In this document: in pieces, positions 1-10,169 of the stretch
Layout: each line of letters begins with the position of its first letter
How positions within the stretch are numbered: the first letter of the stretch is position 1
NCBI GenBank assembly: GCA_032128875.1
Contig: JAVLKG010000003.1
Span: forward strand, 513,008-577,007
Origin: Candidatus Melainabacteria bacterium 17Bon1m
Lineage (GTDB): Bacteria; Cyanobacteriota; Vampirovibrionia; Obscuribacterales; Obscuribacteraceae
Reading direction: 5' to 3'
DNA length: 64,000 nucleotides
Program-made: the position numbers and the translations under genes
Notes under the pieces: generated by a model
Told to the model about the DNA's origin: nothing
What the model saw: the letters and a program-made list of their open reading frames with translations, nothing else
The model's database searches: none

Positions 1-468
1 GCTCGAATCGTTGTAGGGATTTTCTGGGGGAAACGCTGGTGCTTTGGCGCTCCCTGCTCGCTCATCGCTAAAACGCTTTAGCTCTGCAACTGAACGCGGA
101 AAGCGGTTCATTTTTGTTCGAAAAACGCCGACTAATTGAAAAACATCATTTGTTATTACGGCGGTCTTTTGATCGCACTTGAGAGCTGTTACCTGCAAGT
201 CGAGAATTAGTTGTCTAAGTTGCTGTTTGGAAGGCTTGAATTGCCTTGTCATTGGCTGATTGTTTGCTGCCGGCTGAGGCGCGGCAAAAGAGGACGAACC
301 GCAAAGTGAAAGAATTGCCGCTGCAATCAATATGGTTTTCTCGCACGGGGAATCTTCTCTTGCAGGCATATTTATTCTTGGGAGGTTGATTTGTCCAGCA
401 AAACGCCGTGCCACTAAATATAGTGCACACGGCGAATTGAAATCTACAAATTTTTTCTAGAAGTATTT

Positions 469-717
469 CTAGTGGCTGCGCGCGTCAGCTGAAAGCGCTT
501 CGTCATTCAGCTCGTCGAGCCACGATTGAGGCACTTCAACGGAGCCCTTGCCTTCTAAAATCGCTGACTCTTTGAGGTCCCACAGATGGTCGAAAACACC
601 ATCTTGTGCGACTTTCTGCCCGCGACGCGAAGCGTAGAGAACATTCAATCGTTCTTTCAATCTGTCTGTGCCAACTCTTACTAGTTGCGCAGAATTTTTA
701 TGGGAATTATTGCCCAT
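469..717 (-). CDS. hypothetical protein (~82 aa)
   Basis: ORF-track 469..774; ATG at 717 preceded by purine-rich GAGGAAGAGAG; no recognisable motif. Confidence 0.55.
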   Translation of the reverse strand: MGNNSHKNSAQLVRVGTDRLKERLNVLYASRRGQKVAQDGVFDHLWDLKESAILEGKGSVEVPQSWLDELNDEALSADARSH

Positions 718-918
718 AGCTCTCTTCCTCATATGCTCAAAAAGGTCCTGTGCATTCTTTATTCCCGACCTCAAAAAAATTACACGCCATCAAAAATGTC
801 AAGAGGTCGGCTTTTTCACGATTTTATCTGTGCAGAAAAATGTCTGCACAATTCAACATTCAACGAATTTACGGACTGTCCTAAGGTGGAAAGGTTCCGT
901 TCTTTGAGGTCTTTGTGC

Positions 919-1608
919 ATGGGGAATTTAGCTGGCACTTTGTTCGAGAAGCCATTGTTTCAACACGACCTTGAACACCAAGATTCACTGACCCTGAATG
1001 AACATTTGGCCGATGAGATTGCGCATCTTTGTTTTGAACCGGTCTTCGCGCATAAGCAGGAGAACACTTCTACTCAATGCAGGACTGCTCCATACAAGAC
1101 CGCTCCGCCTTATCTTAAGGACAATCCGCTTTTGCCGGGCATGGACAATATCGATATATTTGAAGCCGAGAAGACGCGCACGGCATCTATGTTCGAGTGC
1201 GCAAAGTGGGCGGCTGGTGTTTATTCTTCCTACAAATGGGCGCCGCAATTTTTGCCCGAGGAAGTTTCTGCAAATGCGCTGCTCGAGTTGAAGAAGAAGG
1301 CTGGAGAGGAATTTATTGTTTTCGGCGGTAAGTCACGTTCGGAGATCCTCAAGGAGCTAAAACTCAGATATATAGCCACTTGTGTGGGCAGTATGGTGGT
1401 TGGTTGGACAGCCAGTCACGCCATGGATCGCATAATATTCCCCCGCGATCAGTATCTTGAAGGGACTTTAGTAGGTGATGTTGTGGGGATTGGCCTGGCG
1501 ATTGGTATTCCTAATTGGCGCTCCAAAGCGATGTGCGTGGCCGGAACCCACCTGCTCGGAAAAACTGTTGACCATTGGCGACAACCCGTTTTTCCGACCC
1601 GTAGATAA
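919..1608 (+). CDS. hypothetical protein with hydrophobic Gly-rich C-terminal helices
   Basis: 3' part of ORF 685..1608; ATG at 919 with GAGGT upstream; C-terminal hydrophobic segments. Confidence 0.6.
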   Translation: MGNLAGTLFEKPLFQHDLEHQDSLTLNEHLADEIAHLCFEPVFAHKQENTSTQCRTAPYKTAPPYLKDNPLLPGMDNIDIFEAEKTRTASMFECAKWAAGVYSSYKWAPQFLPEEVSANALLELKKKAGEEFIVFGGKSRSEILKELKLRYIATCVGSMVVGWTASHAMDRIIFPRDQYLEGTLVGDVVGIGLAIGIPNWRSKAMCVAGTHLLGKTVDHWRQPVFPTRR

Positions 1609-1635
1609 TTCGCTGCCGCTGGAAATTAAAGTCTT

Positions 1636-1675
1636 AAAGAAAAACGAACAGACCCGCTTTTCGCAAAGTCTGTTC
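1636..1675 (-). terminator. intrinsic terminator downstream of rpsU
   Basis: GAACAGAC...GTCTGTTC stem (1646-1675) followed by GTTTTTCTTT on the minus strand. Confidence 0.6.
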
Positions 1676-1731
1676 ATAATTCGTTCGTCAAACCGCCAAA
1701 TGGGCGATTTGGTCGTCAAGTGTTCGCTGTT

Positions 1732-1905
1732 TTATGAGCGGCGCTTGCGTGCGGCTTCGGCTTTGCGCTTTCTCTTTACGCTCGGTTTTTCGTAGCGTTC
1801 GCGGCGCTTGATTTCAGAAAGAATGCCTGCTTTCTGAATTTTCTTCTTGAAGCGTTTAAGCGCCTGTTCGATGCTTTCGCCTTCTGCAACTCTGACCTCG
1901 GACAA
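1732..1905 (-). CDS. rpsU: 30S ribosomal protein S21
   Basis: Manual translation: [57 protein letters not shown] (57 aa, TTG start, AGGAGG SD); below ORF-track cutoff. Confidence 0.97.
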   Translation of the reverse strand: MSEVRVAEGESIEQALKRFKKKIQKAGILSEIKRRERYEKPSVKRKRKAEAARKRRS

Positions 1906-2026
1906 GGGATATCCCCTCCTTCATAAAACGATTTTGGACAACAAAAATTTTGCAGTTGGGGGATCTTATCACTAAGAGGCTGATCCAACCAAGGTCGATC
2001 TTATAGGGAATCGTTATGCTTCGGAT

Positions 2027-4135
2027 TTATCCGTGGTGTTCTGCTGCGTGCGCTGCTGTTGCTTGAGAGATAAGCTCTTGCGAGAGCTGCGGTGGCACCT
2101 GAGACAGGTGGGAGAACTTCCAGGTGTAATAACCCAGCCCCTGCGTCAGAGTCCGCAGCTCAATTATGTAGTCCCACAGCTCGCCACGCGGAATGTTCGC
2201 AGTCACTTCATCCCAACCCTGACGCTCAGGATTCGGTCCATAACCGAGAATTTGACCGCGCAAACCGGTTACTTGTGAAAGCACGCCCGACGTGTATTGG
2301 CTCGGGATGTGGATCTTCACTTCTGCAATCGGCTCGAGTATGAAGGGATGTGCTTTAGCCAAGCCGTCGCGCATCGCTAAAATGCCCGCCATGCGGAAGG
2401 ACATTTCATCTGAATCAACATCATGGAAGGAGCCATCGAACAGGTTGACGGAAACATCGACCAATGGGAAGTTGGCTAAAGTTCCGCGGGCGAGCGCTTC
2501 TTGAACGCCTTTTTCGCATCCCGGAACATATTGCCTGGGTACCGAACCCCCAACAATTGATTCGGAAAATTTGTTACCGGCACCTCTTTCCAGAGGCTCG
2601 ATGCGCAGATACACCTCGCCGAATTGTCCGCGACCACCGGTTTGTTTCTTGTGGCGGCCATGTCCTTCAACTTTCGCTTGTATCGACTCTTTGTAAGAGA
2701 TTTTCGGTTTGTGAGTATCGAGCTCGATGTGATATTTGCGCTCCAATCTTTGCCTGGAAAGGGTTAAGTGCACCTCGCCTTGCCCGTAGAGGCAGTATTC
2801 ATGCGTATCCGGATCGCGGTCTACTTTAAGAATCGGATCTTCTTCGGTCAGCTTTCCGAGCAATGTGGAAAGCTTTGCTTCATCGTTGCGGTTCTTCGGT
2901 GCAATCGCAAGCGAGTAGAGCGGTGGAGCTTCGGGGGGGGCCGGCATCTGAGTCGTTTCCTTCTCAGAGACAAGCGTGTCGCCAGTGCGTGGTGTTTCTA
3001 ATCTCGCTAATGCAACGATTGAGCCTGGTCCTGCTGTTGGCATCGTTTCTTGCTTCTTGCCTTGCAGCCAGTACAAGCCGCCGACGCGTTCTTTGGGATG
3101 ATTTTTATTGATATCGACTAATTGCGAATCGCCGGTGATTGTGCCGGAGAAAACGCGCGTTAGTGAGAGCTTTCCGGATTGCGGGTGAATGTATGTGCGA
3201 ATCACTTGCGCAATGACGGGACCATCTTCTTTGACGTTTATGACTTTGCCGTCTTTGTCCTTGTACTCACGCTCGGCTGGCGATGGGCAGAGAGAAATGA
3301 TGGCGTCGAGCAAGGAGAAAACACCGGCATCCGTATGGGCAGAGCCGACCAGAATTGGCACAAAGGTACCGGCTTTCACACCGGCTTTGAGATCCTTCTC
3401 CAGCATATCGATGGGCGGCTCGTTGCCTTCCAGCACCATCTCCAATAGCGTGTCATCAGTGTCTGCAAGCGATTCAATAAGTTTTTCTCTTGCCGCTTCC
3501 AGTTCGTCTTTCAAGTCTGCAGGGACATCGGTGTGTTCTGGTTTGCCTTGAGCGCCGTATTTGAACGCTTCTTTCTTGAGCACGTCCACATAGCCGGTCA
3601 AAGAACCAGAGATGATGGGATACTGCAGTGGTGCAAGAGGACGCGGCGTTTTGGTGCCAGGCATATTTTTCAATAGAGACAAAGTGTCTGCAAAGTTGAG
3701 ATCCGGCTTGTCTAGCTTGTTTATGAAGACCAAGCGAGCAACACCGATTTCTTCAGAGAACCGCAGCAAACTGTCCATTTGAATTAGGCGACCCGGATCA
3801 GGCTCGACTACAAAAACAGCTATATCGCAGCCCATCATCGCGACTTTCGCTTCTTCCTGAAAGTCGATAAATCCAGGGCAGTCGAGGATATTGAACAGGG
3901 TGTCCTGGTACGTCGTGCGGGCCATCGAAACCTGGGTGGAAATTTGTCGGCTAATCGATTCCGGCTCATAGTCCGTGGTCATTGTGCCTTCGTTTATCTT
4001 TCCGCGCCTGGAGATCGCGCCTGTGAGGTGGAGAATGGCTTCCGTAAGGCTAGTCTTGCCGCTGCGGTTAAGTCCAACCACGGCGACATTGCGTATTTTG
4101 GAGACACTTGTCACTGCTCTTCTCCTTGTTGGCAA
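2027..4135 (-). CDS. elongation factor G-like protein (EF-G2 type paralog)
   Basis: 702 aa; GLNRSGKTS, DCPG, NKLD GTPase motifs; EF-G domain III-V motifs GQGEVHL, KKQTGGRGQFG, FHDVDSDEMSF, ILEP. Confidence 0.9.
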   Translation of the reverse strand: MPTRRRAVTSVSKIRNVAVVGLNRSGKTSLTEAILHLTGAISRRGKINEGTMTTDYEPESISRQISTQVSMARTTYQDTLFNILDCPGFIDFQEEAKVAMMGCDIAVFVVEPDPGRLIQMDSLLRFSEEIGVARLVFINKLDKPDLNFADTLSLLKNMPGTKTPRPLAPLQYPIISGSLTGYVDVLKKEAFKYGAQGKPEHTDVPADLKDELEAAREKLIESLADTDDTLLEMVLEGNEPPIDMLEKDLKAGVKAGTFVPILVGSAHTDAGVFSLLDAIISLCPSPAEREYKDKDGKVINVKEDGPVIAQVIRTYIHPQSGKLSLTRVFSGTITGDSQLVDINKNHPKERVGGLYWLQGKKQETMPTAGPGSIVALARLETPRTGDTLVSEKETTQMPAPPEAPPLYSLAIAPKNRNDEAKLSTLLGKLTEEDPILKVDRDPDTHEYCLYGQGEVHLTLSRQRLERKYHIELDTHKPKISYKESIQAKVEGHGRHKKQTGGRGQFGEVYLRIEPLERGAGNKFSESIVGGSVPRQYVPGCEKGVQEALARGTLANFPLVDVSVNLFDGSFHDVDSDEMSFRMAGILAMRDGLAKAHPFILEPIAEVKIHIPSQYTSGVLSQVTGLRGQILGYGPNPERQGWDEVTANIPRGELWDYIIELRTLTQGLGYYTWKFSHLSQVPPQLSQELISQATAAHAAEHHG

Positions 4136-4459
4136 GAGTGCTTGACTATATATATGGTTCCTTGATTAAAGACTAACGATAAGGCCCAACTTTCTTCAAG
4201 GGTAACGGTAGGAATTAATCTGCTGTCGCCCGGAAAGCCTTTTGATGTGCGGATCTGGCGTGGTTTGAGTCTGGAAAACGTTGTTTGGCGCGGCTTCTCA
4301 TTTGACTGCCTAACTAATGTCACAAACCGTTGTTAATCTGTGGGCACGAAAGCAATCCACTGCTTTTCTCTTCCCCTCCATCTCCTCCCCCGCAAGCGAA
4401 TGCCATAAACGCCATACGGCGAGCGCAGGTGCATCGCGTTTTTTCAAAGGATTCTAACT

Positions 4460-4903
4460 ATGCCCGAAATGAATGTTTGGCAAAAACTCGACAAAGCAGA
4501 ACAGTCACTCAAGACCGGCGACTACAGCGGTTTGAAAGAAGCGGCAGTCATCTCCGGCGAAGGGCAACACACATTCATGGCTACTCTTGCGGACCGCATG
4601 AAAGGCTCACAATTGAGTCTGCCCGATCTCCAAATCGTCGATCTCGACAAAGACGGCAGCCCCGAAAAAATCTCTGCAAAAGGTCTGACCATCCAGAAAG
4701 ACGGTCAAAAGCTCTCTGTTGAAACTACATCAGTGACCGCTCGCATCGGCGAGAAACTGAGCAACGGTTGGCAGTCATTGAAAAATTCCGTCAGCGAAAC
4801 GGTTGATTCGACCAAAGTTGGAGATGCACTCAAGCGCGCCAACACTAATGACAGCGAAATGAACCGTCGCTGGGAGCGCCAAATGAAAGAAGCCGGCATC
4901 TAG
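4460..4903 (+). CDS. hypothetical protein
   Basis: 147 aa ORF with AAGGA SD, natural composition. Confidence 0.7.
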   Translation: MPEMNVWQKLDKAEQSLKTGDYSGLKEAAVISGEGQHTFMATLADRMKGSQLSLPDLQIVDLDKDGSPEKISAKGLTIQKDGQKLSVETTSVTARIGEKLSNGWQSLKNSVSETVDSTKVGDALKRANTNDSEMNRRWERQMKEAGI

Positions 4904-4949
4904 AACAATGCCGGCCCGCTTCTAATCTTTCTGTAGATTGATTTATTTT

Positions 4950-5456
4950 CTATCGCATCGTGTCAGCGTAAGAGCCGCTAGATTGCGCATACGGAGTCAA
5001 ATCATCCCCTGACTTTAGTCCGAGAGTATTTCCGAAGAACAGCTTGGCGAGCTTCTTGCTGTTTGATACGACAGCCGGAAACTGAACGTTGTAATTCCTC
5101 TTGGTAAAGACAATGAGCGGGGTTTTGTCCGGCAGGAAATAAGTGAACCCGGCATTTACGGTCTTAGTACCAGGCAGATTTGCAAGATCGGCTCCGCAAG
5201 ACAGAGCAATCACCGCTGAGGCAAAGAAAATCGGACCAAAGAGTGCATGCACCCACATCGCTTCTTTGACTTTGACAAGCGAATTTTCCTTAGGCGGGAA
5301 AACACAAATCCAGGGTGAGATCAGTGTGAATGGCAAAAAGCCTTGCCAGTACCACATTTTCCCCTTGATGAATGCCATGTAGCCCTTATGGATGTAAACG
5401 CACCCCATAATCATCAGAATGATGCCGATGAGCATGTTTATTTGATCTTGACTCAT
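4950..5456 (-). CDS. hypothetical membrane protein
   Basis: 168 aa, 2-3 hydrophobic segments. Confidence 0.7.
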   Translation of the reverse strand: MSQDQINMLIGIILMIMGCVYIHKGYMAFIKGKMWYWQGFLPFTLISPWICVFPPKENSLVKVKEAMWVHALFGPIFFASAVIALSCGADLANLPGTKTVNAGFTYFLPDKTPLIVFTKRNYNVQFPAVVSNSKKLAKLFFGNTLGLKSGDDLTPYAQSSGSYADTMR

Positions 5457-5718
5457 TTAATAAGCCCCGTACCGGACTGGTAAGCCTTTGCCTGCAATTT
5501 GCCAGCATCTCTAGTTTACTACGTCTTAGATGCCAGGGCGGCGGGCGTATCAAAGGGGCTAAAACCTGAATTAGACGGAATTACCGGTTCTGCAGGCGAC
5601 TAGCGAAACCGACCGAAGCGAGCCCTTCTCTTAAGCGGCTGTTACAGCGCAGCGTCCCGCCTGTAGCAGCTTTTAGCGCTTCGGATACAATAGCCTTCCC
5701 ATATCGGAGACTTTTGAG

Positions 5719-7545
5719 ATGCCATCCAGATTAAAGCGCAATCAGTCGTGCGGGCAATTAGGCATAGGCGACGTCGATCGCGAAGTTACTGTGGCTGGCT
5801 GGGTGCATGTTCGGCGTGACCTTGGCGGGCTTATCTTCATTGAGCTGCGTGACCAGACCGGGCGCGTTCAATTAGCCGCTGACCCCAATCGCAACAAAGA
5901 AGTGCACACTGAGCTGAGCACTCTCAAAAACGAGTTTGTGTTGATAGCCAAGGGCAAGGTAACGGCGCGTCCTGCCGGCAGTGAAAACCGCGAAACGCCC
6001 ACAGGGCTTGTGGAAATCTATCCGGACGCTGTTGAGATTTTGAACACCGCCAAGCCATTGCCGTTTCAGCTCGATCAAGGCGATGCTGTAAACGAAGAGC
6101 TGCGCCTGAAATACAGATTTCTCGATCTCAGACGTCCGGAGATGAACAACAATCTCAGATTGAGACACCGCGTCACACAGGCTATTCGCCGTGCTCTCGA
6201 TAGCACCGGTTTTATTGAAGTAGAAACACCGATTCTTACGAAAGCAACTCCGGAAGGGGCAAGAGACTTTCTTGTACCGAGCCGGTTGAACCCAGGCAAC
6301 TTCTATGCGTTGCCGCAGTCTCCGCAGTTGTTCAAGCAAACCCTGATGATTAGCGGCATCGATCGCTATTATCAGGTCGCTCGCTGCTTCAGAGATGAAG
6401 ACTTGAGAGCTGACAGACAGCCTGAATTCACGCAAATAGATATCGAGCTTTCCTTTACCGATGAGGAGGAAGTGCAGGAAGTTACTGAAAAGCTTCTTAC
6501 AGCAGGTTTTGCAGAAGCCGGTATCGAGTTGAAACCACCGTTCAAACGCTTGCCTTACAAGGAAGCTATGGAAAAATACGGCAACGATAAGCCTGATCTG
6601 CGCTTCGATATGGAAATTAAAGACATGACTGAAGTTGCGAAATCCTGCAGCTTTAAAGTCTTCAGAGAAAATGCAGACCAAGGCGGGGTACTGAAAGGCT
6701 TTTGCTTGAAGGGCGGCGCTGAGAAAGATCCGATATCGAGAAAAACGCTTGATCTTTGGACTGAGGCAGCAAAGAAAGATGGTGCCAAAGGTCTTGCCTG
6801 GGTCATCTTTGGAAAGGACGGCACGCGCTCGTCCGGTATCGACAAACATCTAACTCCTGAAGAAATGGACAAACTGAAGTCTCTTTCCGGCTCAGAGACA
6901 GGCGATGTGCTATTGCTGGTTTCCGATAAATTTGCAGTTGCAGTAAATGTTCTGGGTCGCTTGCGCCTGAGAATAGCCGAAGAGCGTGGATTGATAGACG
7001 AAAGCCGTCACGAACTTCTCTGGGTGGTGGACTTCCCGTTGTTTGAATACGACGAGAAAGAAGGGCGCATGATGGCTGTTCACCATCCTTTCACTTCTCC
7101 AAATCTCGATGATGCACAATATCTAGAGTCAGATCCTGGAAGAATTCGCGCTCGCGCTTACGACATCGTTTATAACGGAGTCGAAATCGGCGGCGGCTCC
7201 ATTCGTATTCACGATCAAGAACTGCAAAGTCGCGCATTCCAAGCCATTGGAATCGATCGCGATCAAGCTCGCGACAAGTTCGGCTTCTTGCTTGATGCTC
7301 TTGAATCCGGCGCTCCTCCGCATGGTGGGCTGGCATTGGGGCTTGACCGTATCATCATGCTTTTGGCTGGATGCAAATCGATTCGTGACGTAATTGCTTT
7401 TCCCAAGACGCAATCCGGCGGTTGCTTGATGACACAGGCACCATCGGCGGCATCAGAGGAACAGCTGAAAGAAATCCATATCATCACCAATCCTCCGCAA
7501 AAAGAACCTGCCAAAGAGAGCCAGGTCGCCTCTGCTGTTCAATAG
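5719..7545 (+). CDS. aspS: aspartate--tRNA ligase
   Basis: [52 protein letters not shown] motifs. Confidence 0.98.
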   Translation: MPSRLKRNQSCGQLGIGDVDREVTVAGWVHVRRDLGGLIFIELRDQTGRVQLAADPNRNKEVHTELSTLKNEFVLIAKGKVTARPAGSENRETPTGLVEIYPDAVEILNTAKPLPFQLDQGDAVNEELRLKYRFLDLRRPEMNNNLRLRHRVTQAIRRALDSTGFIEVETPILTKATPEGARDFLVPSRLNPGNFYALPQSPQLFKQTLMISGIDRYYQVARCFRDEDLRADRQPEFTQIDIELSFTDEEEVQEVTEKLLTAGFAEAGIELKPPFKRLPYKEAMEKYGNDKPDLRFDMEIKDMTEVAKSCSFKVFRENADQGGVLKGFCLKGGAEKDPISRKTLDLWTEAAKKDGAKGLAWVIFGKDGTRSSGIDKHLTPEEMDKLKSLSGSETGDVLLLVSDKFAVAVNVLGRLRLRIAEERGLIDESRHELLWVVDFPLFEYDEKEGRMMAVHHPFTSPNLDDAQYLESDPGRIRARAYDIVYNGVEIGGGSIRIHDQELQSRAFQAIGIDRDQARDKFGFLLDALESGAPPHGGLALGLDRIIMLLAGCKSIRDVIAFPKTQSGGCLMTQAPSAASEEQLKEIHIITNPPQKEPAKESQVASAVQ

Positions 7546-7664
7546 GAGAGCCAGGGGTAAACCCTGGGGTGGTGCATGGCCAGCCATGCTAGAATGCGAT
7601 TGAGTCCCAGCAGTGGTGGGTCTGGTCGATTTTGGAATACGTTGTTTATCTGTCCTGAATACGT

Positions 7665-8498
7665 TTGAATACGGACATGATCGCGAGAGCTGAGAGCAAA
7701 ACAACTCAGAAAAGCAAGTCATTGCCGCCGGTAAGAACGGCCTTCTTGCTGTCGGCATTCCTGGCAGTGCAGCTATGTGTTTCATCATGTGGTGTAAAGC
7801 TGAAGACACCGACTGAATATCTAGTGTCGGGTAATGAGTATTTCAAAATCGGTGATTATCGTCATGCCGAGCTCGAATACAGAGAAGCTTTGAAGCAAGA
7901 TCCGAAGAGTCCAACGGCAAAAAACAATCTTGGCGTGATTTTGAATGAGCTGGGTAGATACGATGAAGCCATCGCTATCTTGCAAGAAGCTGTAAACGCA
8001 GACCCGAAGAATTGCATTGCACGTTACGTGCTCGCCATGGCACTTACGCACAAGGGCGATTTCGATGGAGCGATGGAGCAGGCTCGACAAGCCACTGAGC
8101 TAGATCCCAAAGAGCCCCAAGCATATAAAGCTTTGGGCGATGCTGCTGTTGGAAAAGGCGATGTGAAGACAGCAGTTGAAGCTTATCGCTCCGCCACAAT
8201 TGTCGATCCTACTAATGATGCTAATCATCATCGTCTTGCCGAAGTTCTTGGACAGGCTGATGATGTTGAGGGGCAGATTTTGGAAGAGAATAAATCGCTA
8301 GAATTGAATCCCGGCAATCAAGATGCGCGCATTGGTCTTGCTCTGGCCACTAAGAAGAAGGGCGACACTAGCGAAGCTGTTGTCCACTTGAAAAAGGTTT
8401 TGGAAGAAGACCCTGACAACGAGACTGCCAAGAAATACTTGAAAGAGCTCGATCCAACCGCTGTTCCGGCGCCACCTTCGGCCAGTTATTCAAGATAG
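7665..8498 (+). CDS. TPR-repeat putative lipoprotein
   Basis: Hydrophobic leader ending VSSC; several 34-aa TPR units (e.g. AKNNLGVILNELGRYDEAI). Confidence 0.85.
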   Translation: MNTDMIARAESKTTQKSKSLPPVRTAFLLSAFLAVQLCVSSCGVKLKTPTEYLVSGNEYFKIGDYRHAELEYREALKQDPKSPTAKNNLGVILNELGRYDEAIAILQEAVNADPKNCIARYVLAMALTHKGDFDGAMEQARQATELDPKEPQAYKALGDAAVGKGDVKTAVEAYRSATIVDPTNDANHHRLAEVLGQADDVEGQILEENKSLELNPGNQDARIGLALATKKKGDTSEAVVHLKKVLEEDPDNETAKKYLKELDPTAVPAPPSASYSR

Positions 8499-8604
8499 AA
8501 GAATAGCTAGCGAAAAAATCTTTGCTGGGATTGAACTTTTTTTCTGCAGCGAACGTATTACTAAATAACCAGCCAAAAATGATTTCCAAGACAAGGAGGT
8601 CTGT

Positions 8605-10143
8605 ATGTTCGCGCGTATTTTTTCGGGCGGCCTGATAGGAGTTGATGCCTACCGCATCGAGGTCGAAGTCGACTGCAGTGGTGGTATTGGACAAATACAA
8701 GTTGTCGGACTGCCTGATGCTTCAGTAAAAGAGTCACAAGAAAGGGTTAGAGCTGCAATCAAGTCATGTTCATTTCTTATGCCACCCGGAAAGAAGTGGG
8801 TGGTGAATATGGCGCCGGCCGATACGAGAAAAGAAGGACCTTTATATGATTTGCCGATTGCGATTGGAATACTGGCGTCCACAGGATTGATCAACAAGCA
8901 TCACATATCTCGTTTCTGGCTTGTTGGAGAGCTTGGATTAGACGGTTCCGTCAGACCTGTCACTGGCATTCTTCCAATCGCAATTGCGGCAAAACAACAG
9001 GGTGCCGAAGCAATTATCGTTCCGGAAGCAAATGCAGAAGAAGCTTCTCTGGTAGAAGGACTCGCAGTCTTTTCAGTTAGTCACCTGTTGCAAGCGTGTC
9101 TCTTGCTGAATGATCCAGAGAGCCTGACACCTTATCAGTTAAATGCAAGAAAGAAGTTTGACACTCACAGCAGGCGTCGCCAACAGTTTGGCGATTTGCG
9201 TGAGGTAAAGGGGCAGTTGCATGCCAAACGAGCGTTGGAAATTGCCGCAGCAGGCCGTCACAACATTTTGATGATTGGCCCGCCCGGCTCAGGAAAGTCG
9301 ATGCTTGCTCAGCGTTTGCCTGGCATTATGCCGCCTCTATCGTTTGAAGAAGCACTCGAGTTGACGAAGCTCTACAGCGTTGCAGGTTTAGTGACAGACC
9401 GCGCATCGTTAGTTCATGATCGCCCATTTAGATCACCGCACCACACAGCTTCCGCAGTCGGTCTTACAGGCGGTGGTGCAAATCCCAAACCTGGCGAAAT
9501 CTCACTATCTCATAAGGGTGTTTTGTTCCTAGATGAATTGACTGAGTTTCCTCGTCATCATCTAGAGACGCTTCGCCAACCTTTAGAAACGGCCAATATC
9601 GTCATAAGCCGAGCACAGCAGACTATTACTTATCCTGCATCCTTTTTGCTGGTGGCGGCCTGCAATCCCTGTCCCTGTGGCTATCGCGGAGACAATGTCA
9701 AATTCTGTGTTTGTACTCCATCACAGGCAGACAGATACTGGAATCGCATTTCAGGACCGCTTCTGGATCGAATCGACTTGCATGTAGAAGTCGGGCGATT
9801 GAAGGAAGGAGAATTGGCCGGCGAGCCAGACGGGACGTCATCAGAGGATGTTCGTGCTCGCGTTTTGAGAGCAGTTGGTCGTCAGAGAGAACGTCAGGCA
9901 GGAGAGCCTTTCAATTTCAACGGGCAAATGACCCAAAAACAATTGACGCGTCATTGCAAAATTGACGAAGAATGTCGCTTTCTACTTGCCCGTGCCGTCA
10001 CACAGATGGGTTTGTCTGCACGCGCCCACGATCGTATTCTTCGCATATCGCGAACTATTGCTGATCTCGCTCAAGAAGAACAAATCACCTCAACTCATAT
10101 CGCCGAAGCCATTCGCTTTCGAAATACAACACGTACCGGTTAG
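8605..10143 (+). CDS. comM: YifB/ComM Mg-chelatase-like AAA+ ATPase
   Basis: VGLPDASVKESQERVRAA, GELGLDG, GPPGSGKS, PFRSPHH, LFLDE, NPCPCG. Confidence 0.93.
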   Translation: MFARIFSGGLIGVDAYRIEVEVDCSGGIGQIQVVGLPDASVKESQERVRAAIKSCSFLMPPGKKWVVNMAPADTRKEGPLYDLPIAIGILASTGLINKHHISRFWLVGELGLDGSVRPVTGILPIAIAAKQQGAEAIIVPEANAEEASLVEGLAVFSVSHLLQACLLLNDPESLTPYQLNARKKFDTHSRRRQQFGDLREVKGQLHAKRALEIAAAGRHNILMIGPPGSGKSMLAQRLPGIMPPLSFEEALELTKLYSVAGLVTDRASLVHDRPFRSPHHTASAVGLTGGGANPKPGEISLSHKGVLFLDELTEFPRHHLETLRQPLETANIVISRAQQTITYPASFLLVAACNPCPCGYRGDNVKFCVCTPSQADRYWNRISGPLLDRIDLHVEVGRLKEGELAGEPDGTSSEDVRARVLRAVGRQRERQAGEPFNFNGQMTQKQLTRHCKIDEECRFLLARAVTQMGLSARAHDRILRISRTIADLAQEEQITSTHIAEAIRFRNTTRTG

Positions 10144-10169
10144 GAGGTGATACAAAATGTTTACTGAAA

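Noticed and set aside
1-65. Possible gene start running off the left edge (minus strand, MSEQGAPKHQRF...)
   Set aside because: Only ~21 codons visible; no motif or clear SD
5638-5674. 10-bp hairpin plus T-run upstream of aspS as a T-box or attenuator
   Set aside because: No T-box consensus (GGTGGNACC) or specifier stem seen
5872-6849. 325-aa antisense ORF (and similar ones opposite HerA, mdh, tpiA, the TPR gene and patA)
   Set aside because: Shadow ORFs of well-supported genes; no motifs
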